The notes below the pieces were generated by a model. It was not told the DNA's origin and ran no database searches. It saw only the letters and a program-made list of their open reading frames with translations. A stretch of DNA of 64,000 bases, taken from NCBI GenBank assembly GCA_934096555.1, contig CAKOMD010000001.1, forward strand, positions 27,474-91,473, given 5' to 3'. Within the stretch, counting starts at the first letter, position 1. Every line of letters begins with the position of its first letter. Of the stretch, positions 49,478 to 59,574 are shown piece by piece. The translations under genes and the position numbers were made by a program. Source of the stretch: an uncultured Bacilli bacterium (lineage in GTDB: Bacteria > Bacillota_I > Bacilli_A > RF39 > UBA660).

Positions 49478-51013
49478 ATGAAAAAATATATAAAATTAAA
49501 TAATAACGATAATCATCTATCATTAGGTAACTTTACCAGAATAATAAAAGAAAATACTATCAATAAAACAAGTGCTCTTCAAACAGAAGTATTTAGTACT
49601 CTATTTAATACTACTAATATAAATGATACTACAATAAATAACTATTGTATTGGTATAAGAAGTATAAATAATGATTATAAGCAGCAGTATATAATATATA
49701 AAAAGAACTATCCAAAAGATAACTATATATTATTAGATATTATAATAAATTTATTAACTATAATCACTGGTAATATCTATTCAAATCTAACTAAAAAAGA
49801 AAAGATAGATTTAATAAATAATAATACCTTATTAAAAACAGTAACTATAAAATTATATAATATTAGTAAAAATGATAAAGAAGTATCTAAAGAACTATCA
49901 AGTAATCTATTAGAACTAATAAATAATAACAATCTATGCATTGCCCTTACTGAAATATTATTCTTTATCATATTAGATAAAAAACAACCTATCTATGAAG
50001 ATAATATCAAAAAAGAAATAATAGAAAATCTTCTAAGTAACACTCTAGTATCCCCTCATGAACTCGAAGAATATCTAAATCTAAAACTAAGTGAAGGTAT
50101 AAATTATAATTACTCATTAAATACCCTAGCCCAAAACAATAATCCCTATGCTCTATATGAATTAGGAAGAGAAGAATACAAAGGTTATATCAAAGGCTAT
50201 CCAAGATATGATATAAGTTATAACTACTTCATTAGAGCCTCTTTAAAAGATCATCCAAGTAGTTATTATATGCTAGCTAAAATGTTAATAAATAAAAATA
50301 TTGGAAATGGTACCAACAAAGATTTAAAACTAGCCTATGAATATCTAAATAAATCAACATCTCTAGGTAATATAGCCTCGGTTAATCTATTAGGAAATAT
50401 GTATAAAGAAGGATTATATGTAAAAAAAGATATAAATAAAGCTATATCACTATATGAAGAAGCATCTTCACATAACTATGTTTATGCTTATAATAATCTT
50501 GGTAAAATATATGAAAATAACAAAGATTATCAAAAAGCCTTCAAGTGCTTTGAAAAAGCCTCCCTACTTGGAGAATCATATGCCCTAAATACACTTGGAG
50601 AATACTATCGTAAAGGAATATATGTAGATATAGATTTAAATAAAGCCTTCACTCTATATAATAAAGCCATTCAAGTACCAATAGATAATATCTATTACTA
50701 TGCTTATTATAACCTAGCCAAATACTTCTATTTAACCGGAGATATTGTCTTAGTAAAAGATATAAATAAAGCAATTAACTATCTCACACTAGCGGGTACT
50801 AATAACATTATCGAAGCCTCTATCTTATTATTATATATTTATGTAGATAAATACCTAAAAGAACTAGATACCAGTATCATACCCAAGATAAAAGAACTAA
50901 TTCTAACTATTGAAAAACATCCTAAGTATAATAAAGAAATAAAAAAAGAAATAGATAGCAATCTATTAAAACTAAAGCAAAATAAAAAAATAAATATAGA
51001 TATTATATTCTAA
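49478..51013 (+). CDS. Sel1-repeat (TPR-like) protein
   Basis: It has at least 6 Sel1 repeats (AYEYLNKSTSLGNIASVNLLGNMYKEGLYVKKDINKAISLYEEAS...). Confidence 0.7.
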   Translation: MKKYIKLNNNDNHLSLGNFTRIIKENTINKTSALQTEVFSTLFNTTNINDTTINNYCIGIRSINNDYKQQYIIYKKNYPKDNYILLDIIINLLTIITGNIYSNLTKKEKIDLINNNTLLKTVTIKLYNISKNDKEVSKELSSNLLELINNNNLCIALTEILFFIILDKKQPIYEDNIKKEIIENLLSNTLVSPHELEEYLNLKLSEGINYNYSLNTLAQNNNPYALYELGREEYKGYIKGYPRYDISYNYFIRASLKDHPSSYYMLAKMLINKNIGNGTNKDLKLAYEYLNKSTSLGNIASVNLLGNMYKEGLYVKKDINKAISLYEEASSHNYVYAYNNLGKIYENNKDYQKAFKCFEKASLLGESYALNTLGEYYRKGIYVDIDLNKAFTLYNKAIQVPIDNIYYYAYYNLAKYFYLTGDIVLVKDINKAINYLTLAGTNNIIEASILLLYIYVDKYLKELDTSIIPKIKELILTIEKHPKYNKEIKKEIDSNLLKLKQNKKINIDIIF

Positions 51014-51019
51014 CTATAT

Positions 51020-51646
51020 TTATTTTTCTTTTATATATTTATCACTAATATAAGTAAATAGTAGTAAATAAACAATACCAAGAAGATAACCTCCTAGTAC
51101 ATCAGAAGTATAATGAACTCCTAGATATATTCTAGTTAAACCAACTACTAGAATAAGTATTGATAATATACTAATTAATAAATATTTTATCTTTTTATTC
51201 TTAATATAATTATAAGTTAAATATATTAAATATCCATATACTACCATACTAACAGCACTATGTCCTGAAGGAAAACTCTTACCAGCCTCAGTAATAATAT
51301 TAATACCACTAGGTCTATCTCTACCAATAATATTTTTAATTATTACATTATTAAGTACTACAATACCAAGTAAATTTAAAATAATACAAATATTAATCTT
51401 CTTATTTCTAAATATAAATAAAGATATAATAGTAACAATACCAATAACAATAGTACCACCTATATTAGTAATAATCTTCACTATCTTATCCATATTATTA
51501 CTTCTTAATTTAGAAATAATATTATATCCAATATCATCTATATATAATTTATTCTTAGTAATAACAAATATCATAATAGTAGTAAATAATATTAAACACA
51601 CTCCAAGTATTATCCATCTAATTTTCTTCCCTTTAATTATAATCAC
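51020..51646 (-). CDS. PAP2-family membrane phosphatase (PgpB / UppP-type)
   Basis: KSFPSGHSAVSMVVYGYL...RIYLGVHYTSDVLGG are the PAP2 motifs 2 and 3. Confidence 0.8.
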   Translation of the reverse strand: MIIIKGKKIRWIILGVCLILFTTIMIFVITKNKLYIDDIGYNIISKLRSNNMDKIVKIITNIGGTIVIGIVTIISLFIFRNKKINICIILNLLGIVVLNNVIIKNIIGRDRPSGINIITEAGKSFPSGHSAVSMVVYGYLIYLTYNYIKNKKIKYLLISILSILILVVGLTRIYLGVHYTSDVLGGYLLGIVYLLLFTYISDKYIKEK

Positions 51647-52202
51647 CCTCTTTTAACTTATCAACAAGTTTAGCATATACCTTCTTCATATGATCTTCAC
51701 TTGAAGAACTAACCATTTTATCAATATCTATCCAGTTAACTCCGCTATTCTCATCTTCTTTAATTAATAACTTTTCATTTTCATCAGCCTCAAAAATATA
51801 AGTAGCATTTAAATGAATATGACTAGAAACAAATTTACCTCTCTTAATATGGCTTTTAACAGGTAATACATCTATAGCATAAAAGTCTTTAGATAAAGGT
51901 TTTAAGTTCTTAATACCAGTCTCTTCCATAACCTCTCTCATAGCCACATCAAGTAAATCACTTTCACCGTCAGCATGACCTCCCGGCCAAGCCCAAGAAT
52001 TATAAATGTTATGATATATCATAAGTACTTTACTTCTATTCTTATTAACAACAAAAGCCGAACTACAAAAATGACCAAATATATTCTTCCTAGTTAATAC
52101 ATCATCAAAAGTATCTATAAACTTCAAAATATATTCCTTATCACTCTCTTCTTGCTCATCATAAGGTATATAATTAACAATTCTTTCTCTTAACTCATTC
52201 AT
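51633..52202 (-). CDS. NUDIX hydrolase
   Basis: The Nudix box is GGHADGESDLLDVAMREVMEETG. Confidence 0.8.
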   Translation of the reverse strand: MNELRERIVNYIPYDEQEESDKEYILKFIDTFDDVLTRKNIFGHFCSSAFVVNKNRSKVLMIYHNIYNSWAWPGGHADGESDLLDVAMREVMEETGIKNLKPLSKDFYAIDVLPVKSHIKRGKFVSSHIHLNATYIFEADENEKLLIKEDENSGVNWIDIDKMVSSSSEDHMKKVYAKLVDKLKEGDYN

Positions 52203-52218
52203 AAATCACCACTCCATT

Positions 52219-52956
52219 TCATTTATCATTTATTTCTATAAGATTTTCAAAATATCTAATATTATTATCTAATATAATTTTAATTTTTTTATTTTCAATT
52301 AATCTATCTATCAAATAAACCCACATATTATCACTCAAATATATATCTTTCATTAATTTTTCTACTAGTTTGTTCATTTTAACTTTGCCTATTGATTTCA
52401 AATTTTCTAATATATAATTATCATAAAAATCAATTGAAACAGATTTTACATAGCCATCACTAATTATTCTAAAATCAGAGTTTTTACTAACTAAATCATT
52501 CCAAATTTTAACATTATTATCTATCTCTGTTTCTGTTAACTTATGTTCTAGTTTAGATAGTTCTTCTAACTCTTCCTCTCTCATTACACTAGGTGATAAA
52601 TAATCTCTATTGTATTCATCACTATAAAGAACATATAGTTCATAATTATATTTTTTTATAATACTACAAATATATAACATAATTAAACTTGAATAAATAT
52701 CTTTTCTACCTACCCAAACTCTTATTTTATTCTTCTTTATTATATTATCAATAATTGTATTATACTCATTTTCAAAATTAGCATCACTCTCTTCAAAATA
52801 TAACTCTTCAGGTATCTTAATTTTATGATTTACAACATTAGATAAATCACCAATATTAAATTTAACATTAAACATTAAAATTCCCTCATTATTAAGTTTA
52901 CTCTTTTTCATAGTAAAATAACAAGATCTACCAAACACTATATTTAATACATTCAT
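52219..52956 (-). CDS. Hypothetical protein (possibly DUF1835/DUF3658-like)
   Basis: It is an ORF with a coding-like composition and no motif I can recognise with confidence. Confidence 0.4.
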   Translation of the reverse strand: MNVLNIVFGRSCYFTMKKSKLNNEGILMFNVKFNIGDLSNVVNHKIKIPEELYFEESDANFENEYNTIIDNIIKKNKIRVWVGRKDIYSSLIMLYICSIIKKYNYELYVLYSDEYNRDYLSPSVMREEELEELSKLEHKLTETEIDNNVKIWNDLVSKNSDFRIISDGYVKSVSIDFYDNYILENLKSIGKVKMNKLVEKLMKDIYLSDNMWVYLIDRLIENKKIKIILDNNIRYFENLIEINDK

Positions 52957-53055
52957 TAATTTAACCTCCTAAAGCTTTAATAAATACTTTTTCCTATTTT
53001 AAACAACAATTTTAACTGGTTACAATTTGTAACCATTTCATTTTCTAATTTACAA

Positions 53056-53622
53056 TTACTTATATAATCTTAAAACTTGATATTGATATACTTCATCATT
53101 TTCTGTATAACCAATTGAAATACCCTTTCCATTATTTGCTGGTTTACCAGAGTTAGGTTTTGTTTTTGCATCTTCTAGCAAAGTATCAATTTCCGAATCA
53201 GTAATTTGATTATTATTTGCTCTAATTAAATATTTAATATATGAAGTTGCATTATCTTCATACTCACCAGTTTTATCTACATACAAAAGCGTATAATTTA
53301 CAATTTCAGTAGACTTATCTCCAGTATGTTCTTCTGGAACCACTACTAAATAAATACCCTCAATTAATCCATACCAATACTGATTATTACTTTCAGTTAA
53401 ATAATCAGGTGATGCAGGATTTAATGAACTATTATCTACTACTTCAGTATTAAACTTTGCCACCAAAACATCCACTGTTTCTTTTTCTACAAAGCCATTC
53501 TTTTCTTGACTTTCCTGTAAATCTTTCTTAGTCTCTTCAATATCAGATTTACCACATCCAGTTACTCCAAGCACCATAACCCCACACATTAAAATAGCCA
53601 ATATTGTCTTTTTCATATTCAT
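53056..53622 (-). CDS. Lipoprotein of unknown function
   Basis: The lipobox is MVLGVTGCGKSD. Confidence 0.55.
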   Translation of the reverse strand: MNMKKTILAILMCGVMVLGVTGCGKSDIEETKKDLQESQEKNGFVEKETVDVLVAKFNTEVVDNSSLNPASPDYLTESNNQYWYGLIEGIYLVVVPEEHTGDKSTEIVNYTLLYVDKTGEYEDNATSYIKYLIRANNNQITDSEIDTLLEDAKTKPNSGKPANNGKGISIGYTENDEVYQYQVLRLYK

Positions 53623-53676
53623 TCCTCCATTCTAACAAATCACTATTATACATTAAACTATCATTCACTACTTACA

Positions 53677-53702
53677 CTTGAGATCACAATTTGTGATCTC
53701 AA
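53677..53702. promoter_or_regulatory. 12-bp perfect inverted repeat TTGAGATCACAA-tt-TTGTGATCTCAA about 55-80 bp upstream of the lipoprotein gene; candidate operator (or terminator of rlmD-like gene)
   Basis: The arms are exact reverse complements. No T-run follows on the minus strand, which favours a protein-binding site. Confidence 0.35.
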
Positions 53703-53783
53703 ATTAACCATTTTATTTTTCTCTTTTCGAACTAATTCCATTTTGGAATAAGTTGAACTTTTATCTAATTAATTTTTTATATT

Positions 53784-54974
53784 TTATCTTTTTTCTAACA
53801 AACACACACTCTCCACATGTTTCGTATTAGGAAACATATCAAATAAAGTAATATCTTTAAGTTCATACTTACTCTTTAACACATTAATATCTCTAGCCAA
53901 AGTAATAGGATTACAAGATACATAAACTATTCTCTTAACATTACTATTACAAAGTAACTCAGTAGTAGTCTTATCAAGTCCACCTCTCGGAGGATCAACA
54001 ACAACTACTTCCTCATTAATACTATTAATATCACTAGCCCTTTTACATTCAAAACTAATATTATCTATATCATTAATCTTTTTATTTAAATTAGCCCCTT
54101 CTACTGCATCACTATTAATCTCAATACCCCTTACTCTATTAAAATTATCTGCTAAATATATACCTATAGTACCAGCACCACAATATAAGTCAAGTAGGCT
54201 TTCCCCCTTACCCGCAGATTCCTTAACTTTATCATATAGCTTACTAATCATATCAGTATTAACTTGAAAGAAAGATTTGGGATATACTGCATACTTATAT
54301 TTATCTACATTAATAGTAATATAATCATTACCATATATAACCTCATCATTAAGTACTATACTTTTAACCATACCTTTAAGACTATTTATAATCATATCTT
54401 TATCAGTATCCCCACTTAATATAACCATAATCTCATTAGTACCTTTAATAATAACATCATTTATTCCAGTTAAATCAAGTTTATTAAGAGTATCAATAAC
54501 TCTATTAATATTATCATTAACTAAATAACACTTATCAATATTAACAAGATTATTACTCTCTTCCTCAGTTAATGAAACCTTACCATTAAATACCTTTAAC
54601 CCAATCTTATTGCGGTATCCATATTCCTTATAATTAGAAATAATCTCTGGATTAACATCATATCCAGCATATCTCTTCATAATATCTATTACAGATTCCT
54701 TCTTATATACCAAAGCCTTATCATACTTAATATACCCAGTACTACATCCACCACAAGTATCAAAATAAGGACATATACTCTTTCTTCTATTACTACTTTC
54801 CGTAATAATATTCATAGCCTTACCAATAGAATAATTCTTCTTATCTATAGTAATTCTAACATCAACAACTTCTTCAGGTAATACTGAAGGAACAAATAAT
54901 ACCTTATCATTAATTCTACTTATACCTCTAAAATCATGAGATAACTTATCAATTTTCACTATCATAAACATCAC
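53784..54974 (-). CDS. 23S rRNA (uracil-C5)-methyltransferase, RlmD/RumA family (TRAM + Fe-S + SAM-MTase)
   Basis: The Cys cluster is ICPYFDTCGGCS. The SAM-binding motif is LLDLYCGAGTIG, and the catalytic motif is VVVVDPPRGGLD...VSCNP. Confidence 0.75.
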   Translation of the reverse strand: MMFMIVKIDKLSHDFRGISRINDKVLFVPSVLPEEVVDVRITIDKKNYSIGKAMNIITESSNRRKSICPYFDTCGGCSTGYIKYDKALVYKKESVIDIMKRYAGYDVNPEIISNYKEYGYRNKIGLKVFNGKVSLTEEESNNLVNIDKCYLVNDNINRVIDTLNKLDLTGINDVIIKGTNEIMVILSGDTDKDMIINSLKGMVKSIVLNDEVIYGNDYITINVDKYKYAVYPKSFFQVNTDMISKLYDKVKESAGKGESLLDLYCGAGTIGIYLADNFNRVRGIEINSDAVEGANLNKKINDIDNISFECKRASDINSINEEVVVVDPPRGGLDKTTTELLCNSNVKRIVYVSCNPITLARDINVLKSKYELKDITLFDMFPNTKHVESVCLLEKR

Positions 54975-55006
54975 ATATATATCATAACATAAAAAGAAAA
55001 AGAAGT

Positions 55007-55939
55007 CTACGACTTCATAAGTTCATTAATAATATCTTCCATAGTAACAATACCAAGAAAATTATTCTCTCTATCAGTAACAAGAGCCATATGTGCTCTA
55101 GCACCATGTAATACCTCAAGACAAGATGTCAAATTAGTATTCTTACTCACAGTAACAGGTTCCTTAACATTTCTCTTAATACTAATAGTCCCATCATTAA
55201 GTATCTCATCAAGTAAATCAACCTCATATAATATACCAACAATCTTATTATCTTTAGTAATTATAGGTATTCTATCATGATGATCTCTAAAAATACATTT
55301 CCTTACCTTGAAAGAAGAATCAGTATCATATAAATAAGAAACATTCTCTTTACTAATCATAATATTCTGTACTCTTAACTTCTTTAATATAACAGCCTTT
55401 TGAATAAAAGCACTCTCTTTCTCTTCAATAACACCCTCATCTTTAATAGTCTTAACTATCTCAACAAGTTCATCTTTAGTGGCAGTTACTTTATGTTTAT
55501 TTTTTACTTTCCTTTCAAATTTAGAAATTATCTTGTTTATTGGAGTAAGAATAAACATTATAGTTTTTAATACTAATGCTAGTCTTATTGCCACCACTTC
55601 TGAATATTCTCTTCCCAATATTTTAGGAGTTATCTCTGTAAATATTAAAATAATCAAAGTAAGTATAATTGTAACTAGTGTTACAGAGCCATCACCATAT
55701 AAATTAGAAAAATAATAAGTAGTAAACGAACTTACCATAACACTACATACACAGTTAACTACAAGTATTGAAGTAATAGCCTCCGAATACTTAGAATATA
55801 ACTTATATACCATCTTAGCCTTCTTATTCTTATTTTCCATAAGTTTCTTAATTCTAATAATATTAAGAGAAGAATAAGAAGATTCAAGTAGTGAAGTAAT
55901 AACAAGTGCACATAATAAAAATATAATAACTAAAATCAT
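55007..55939 (-). CDS. CNNM/TlyC-family membrane protein (DUF21 TM domain plus a CBS pair), lacking a CorC_HlyC C-terminal domain
   Basis: There are 4 N-terminal TM helices, then two CBS-like segments (VQNIMISKENVSYL... and GILYEVDLLDEI...GIVTMEDIINELM). Confidence 0.65.
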   Translation of the reverse strand: MILVIIFLLCALVITSLLESSYSSLNIIRIKKLMENKNKKAKMVYKLYSKYSEAITSILVVNCVCSVMVSSFTTYYFSNLYGDGSVTLVTIILTLIILIFTEITPKILGREYSEVVAIRLALVLKTIMFILTPINKIISKFERKVKNKHKVTATKDELVEIVKTIKDEGVIEEKESAFIQKAVILKKLRVQNIMISKENVSYLYDTDSSFKVRKCIFRDHHDRIPIITKDNKIVGILYEVDLLDEILNDGTISIKRNVKEPVTVSKNTNLTSCLEVLHGARAHMALVTDRENNFLGIVTMEDIINELMKS

Positions 55940-56979
55940 AACACTAACCTACTTTCCTTACAATAAAAGTCCTCTCCTTTATAAATACCAATCTTATTAT
56001 TCTTAATATTCTTAGTAATAACATCATAGCTCATTTTAATAAAACATCCTTTACTATAATTATAACTATAAAAACTATTATCATAACTAATAACAATAAA
56101 ATGTTCCTTACTCTCATCACTATCAAGTAAAAATAAATTATTAATTCTTATATCATAATTAGGAGTATACTTATCAAAAATATCTTTACATATCTTTGCT
56201 AATTCAATAACACCAACATTACTAATATTAGTACTTCTTTCAAGTACTCCAAGTATATCACTAAGCATATTATCCTTAGTATAATCAAGACCTCTAAGTT
56301 CATTATCAATAATCTCATTAGTATAACTATTCTTTATATAAAATATCTTTCTATCAATATCTTTATTATCATTATACTTATCAAAATACTTAGTACTAAA
56401 ACCACCTTGTATATTATATAAATCATTATATAAATCTACAATTAAAAAGCTATCATCAACATATATTTTATTACCTATATTACCATTAATATCGCTATTA
56501 ATAAGTTCTGACTTAATACCTATTCTAGAACATAAATACATAAGTAATTTAGATATACAAGCACTAGTAGTCTTACCACTAGTAATAGAACCCCAAATAT
56601 TATTAATAATACTAACACTACTAAAAGATATCTTTTCATTCTTATTATCCATAGTATTAATATCTGCACTAAGTATTTTACCTAATGCTATATATAAATA
56701 TCTAACCTTCTCTATATTAGATAAATTATTAGGTATATTATTAATAATACCATTAATAATATTCTCACTATTCTTAAACATACTATAAGTAGCATATATA
56801 AATCCATTCTTATTATTAATAGTATCAGTATAAGAATATCCTTTTCCATATTCTAAAAAATAATTAATAACATCACTATTAAAAGAATCTATAGATAGAT
56901 TAATATATTTAGTATTATTATTAATATTACTAATATCATTCATAGTATTAACACTTACAATAACATTTGTATTATTCAT
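55936..56979 (-). CDS. Hypothetical Asn-rich protein
   Basis: 347-aa ORF whose start overlaps the preceding gene's stop. I found no recognisable motif. Confidence 0.4.
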   Translation of the reverse strand: MNNTNVIVSVNTMNDISNINNNTKYINLSIDSFNSDVINYFLEYGKGYSYTDTINNKNGFIYATYSMFKNSENIINGIINNIPNNLSNIEKVRYLYIALGKILSADINTMDNKNEKISFSSVSIINNIWGSITSGKTTSACISKLLMYLCSRIGIKSELINSDINGNIGNKIYVDDSFLIVDLYNDLYNIQGGFSTKYFDKYNDNKDIDRKIFYIKNSYTNEIIDNELRGLDYTKDNMLSDILGVLERSTNISNVGVIELAKICKDIFDKYTPNYDIRINNLFLLDSDESKEHFIVISYDNSFYSYNYSKGCFIKMSYDVITKNIKNNKIGIYKGEDFYCKESRLVL

Positions 56980-57094
56980 ACTATCACCATAATAATTGTA
57001 CTACATAAAAAGAAAAAAAGAAAGTAAATAAACTATATGTTTACTTATTTTCTTTATATTTTATTCACTATAAGCCTTATTCTAAGTCTTATTA

Positions 57095-57159
57095 GTGTTA
57101 TTCTTAGCCTAATTCTTAGTCTAAGAATAATTCTATTATATATAAGCCATATCTATATA
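57095..57159. repeat. About 70-bp intergenic repeat, copy 2, immediately 3' of the DGR reverse transcriptase gene
   Basis: See copy 1 at 48016-48088. It contains the internal palindrome ATTCTTAGtcTAAGAAT. Confidence 0.6.
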
Positions 57160-57191
57160 CTTAGATATTACTTAGTATATTTATAACTATA

Positions 57192-58262
57192 TTATTTAGT
57201 ATATTTATAACTATTATTATAATTATTCATACTATTAAAATATTTTTGATAAGAAATATAATTATTCTTATATAAATAATTTATCTTTTTAATATTATTA
57301 TCTCTTCTCCTTTTATTACTACTTTTTATCTTAATAATAGTTTTATTATTTCTAATATAAAACATATAACCTAAATATTCAAAACCATGATAACTATCAT
57401 ATATATTAGTTTTATTTTTATTAATATTTAATTTATATTTTTTATTTAAAATATATTCTATTTCTTTTAATGATTTCTTTAATCTATCTTTATCATTAGA
57501 TATAATAATATAATCGTCCATATATCTTACCATATATTTTAAATTTAAATTATGTATAATATAATGATCTAATTTATACAAATAAAATATAGATAATATT
57601 TGACTAGTCATATTACCTATAGGTAATCCTTTATTATATTCATATAATGGTAACTTATTTATTTCTTCACTTCTATTTTTATCTTTAATTAATAAATTAT
57701 TTTTAACACTATTAATTACTTCATTAATATATTTTTCATTAGTACTATCTATTATACTACTTACTATTTTATATTCTTCTTCATTTAATTTATCTTTTAA
57801 TAATTTTTTTAACACATCATGATCTATACTATAAAAATATTTACTAATATCTATTTTTAGTATATAAAATCTATCATATTTTTTATTTAATTCAATATAT
57901 CTTTTAAGTAATTTAATAGCATAATCATATTCCATATTCTTTCTAGTAGCACAATTTCTCATATCTAAATATTTATTTAATCTATGTAACAATATAAATC
58001 TAGCTACATAATGATTAATAATCTTATCCTTCATATTTAAACTCATAACTATTCTATATTTAGGACTATTAATAGTAAATATATTATATCTTTTAATTTT
58101 ATAATTATTATTCTCAATTATATTCTTAATATCATAAATATTTTCTATCTTATTCCTCTCAAAATTATAAACTTTATTCTTATTTTTAGTATTAACACTT
58201 ACTTCTTTTTCATAAATATCTATTATATCATTAACACTTACTTTCACTCTTAATCCATCCAT
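57192..58262 (-). CDS. DGR reverse transcriptase
   Basis: RT motifs are present: SPKYRIVMSLNMKDKIINHYV (motifs 1/2), LKIDISKYFYSIDHDVL (3), GLPIGNMTSQILSIFYL (4, the DGR-diagnostic IGxxxSQ), and RYMDDYIII (5, YMDD). The 356-aa size is typical of DGR RTs. Confidence 0.85.
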   Translation of the reverse strand: MDGLRVKVSVNDIIDIYEKEVSVNTKNKNKVYNFERNKIENIYDIKNIIENNNYKIKRYNIFTINSPKYRIVMSLNMKDKIINHYVARFILLHRLNKYLDMRNCATRKNMEYDYAIKLLKRYIELNKKYDRFYILKIDISKYFYSIDHDVLKKLLKDKLNEEEYKIVSSIIDSTNEKYINEVINSVKNNLLIKDKNRSEEINKLPLYEYNKGLPIGNMTSQILSIFYLYKLDHYIIHNLNLKYMVRYMDDYIIISNDKDRLKKSLKEIEYILNKKYKLNINKNKTNIYDSYHGFEYLGYMFYIRNNKTIIKIKSSNKRRRDNNIKKINYLYKNNYISYQKYFNSMNNYNNSYKYTK

Positions 58263-58569
58263 ATATCATTTTAGTAATAACAAGTAAATTATTACTTAAT
58301 TTTTCACAAACTTTATTATTAATATATTTATTCTTTAGACATCTTTCTAAATAAAAATCTAACATACTAATCTTACTCAATATATCTTTATAGTATTCAT
58401 TTTTATTATCACTATTATAATTACATCTATATACTAAATATAATATATCATAACTAGTATTATATAATCTTTCCTTAATTACTCTATCTTTATTTGGAAT
58501 ATTAATAACTATATTATCTATACTATATATAAATAATTTAATATTTTTTACTATCTTAAAATCATTCAT
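58231..58569 (-). CDS. avd: Avd-like accessory variability determinant (four-helix-bundle family)
   Basis: 112 aa, basic, with predicted helices. The pattern NIPNKDRVIKERLYNTSYDILYLVY...LSKISMLDFYLERCL resembles the four-helix-bundle / Avd family. It overlaps the RT start by 32 nt. Confidence 0.6.
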   Translation of the reverse strand: MNDFKIVKNIKLFIYSIDNIVINIPNKDRVIKERLYNTSYDILYLVYRCNYNSDNKNEYYKDILSKISMLDFYLERCLKNKYINNKVCEKLSNNLLVITKMIYGWIKSESKC

Positions 58570-58928
58570 ACATTTTCCTCAATCAAATCTAATAATTTAC
58601 TAACTTCTTCTTCAGTCATATTATTAACTTTATTTATAATCTTACTTACTCTATAATCTAAGTCTATTTTCTTTTTACCTTTTTCTAGATAACATTTATA
58701 TTTATTCTTATTACCATACATCTTCTTATTTACATCTTCCATATTTTCTTTAACAATATAACTAACACTATTATTTTCTAATATATTAATAACTTTATTA
58801 ATAGTATTAAGTGGAAAACCTACTTTTCCATTATTTATTTTATAATTACATAAATATGATAATACAATAGCATCATCATCAAAACATATATAAAACCCAC
58901 CTGATTTTCTTAAAATTACACTATTCAC
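58566..58928 (-). CDS. Small protein with a MutS-domain-I-like (mismatch-binding-domain-like) sequence; DGR accessory candidate
   Basis: RKSGGFYICFDDDAIVLSYLCNYKINNGKVGFPLNTINKVINILENNSVSYIV parallels MutS domain I (RMGDFYELFYDDA...L.L...GE.IPMAGIP.H....YL.KLV..G..VAI). It is translationally coupled (ATGA) to avd. Confidence 0.4.
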   Translation of the reverse strand: MNSVILRKSGGFYICFDDDAIVLSYLCNYKINNGKVGFPLNTINKVINILENNSVSYIVKENMEDVNKKMYGNKNKYKCYLEKGKKKIDLDYRVSKIINKVNNMTEEEVSKLLDLIEENV

Positions 58929-59217
58929 TTCTTATACTCCTTTTTACTTCTAATAATATATCTTTTATATAAGACATATATAAATATTTATAATAATTAT
59001 TTACTTCATAGTTATTTATACTAAGTATTTCTAAATTATCTAATACTATAAAATTAATACTATATTTTTTTAATAAATATAACTTATTATCAAAATTAAT
59101 ATAATCTAATATTCTCTTATCCTTATCAAAAGAATAATAATTTTTATTTTTCATTATTAATACTATATAATCTTTATATATATTCTTAGTAAATTCATAT
59201 CTATTTATCATACTCAT
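58921..59217 (-). CDS. Hypothetical 98-aa protein inside the DGR cassette
   Basis: The ORF overlaps the next gene and I found no recognisable motif. Confidence 0.35.
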   Translation of the reverse strand: MSMINRYEFTKNIYKDYIVLIMKNKNYYSFDKDKRILDYINFDNKLYLLKKYSINFIVLDNLEILSINNYEVNNYYKYLYMSYIKDILLEVKRSIRSE

Positions 59218-59465
59218 AATTTTTACCCCTTATTTTATTCCATAAAAAATAGTGCTAATATAGGCATAAAGAAAATGATTCAATTTCTTGAATTATTTTC
59301 TATAAAAGCCTATACTAGCACTTTTATTAATAATATCTATAGTTCTAGGTATACCCGTAGATATAATCCATCTATAGTCTAACATTTAGAGATAAATATC
59401 TCAAGGATAATTTCTGTCCTTTAAAGCCCTGTCATACTAAGCCTTAACCTAGTAGAAACCCACTA

Positions 59466-59574
59466 CATAAAGGGCTGGACGCACGCCATTGTTCGAATTA
59501 TACGCATTGTTGTTATTCAAGTTGCCGGACGAATTCACATTGAACACATTGTTCGCATTGCTGGAATTAGGGGT
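59466..59574 (-). repeat. DGR template repeat (TR), noncoding, 146 nt downstream of the target gene stop
   Basis: In the target reading frame the TR reads TPNSSNANNVFNVNSSGNLNNNNAYNSNNGVRPAL, with 13 AAC/AAT codons. It is about 85% identical to the VR, and nearly every mismatch falls on a TR adenine. Confidence 0.85.

Noticed and set aside
57192-58262. Reverse transcriptase as a group II intron or retron RT
   Set aside because: It has no maturase (X) or endonuclease domain and no intron RNA domains V/VI nearby. Motif 4 is IGNMTSQ, which is DGR-type rather than the group II SPLL-type. A cognate TR/VR pair with adenine-specific mismatches is present.
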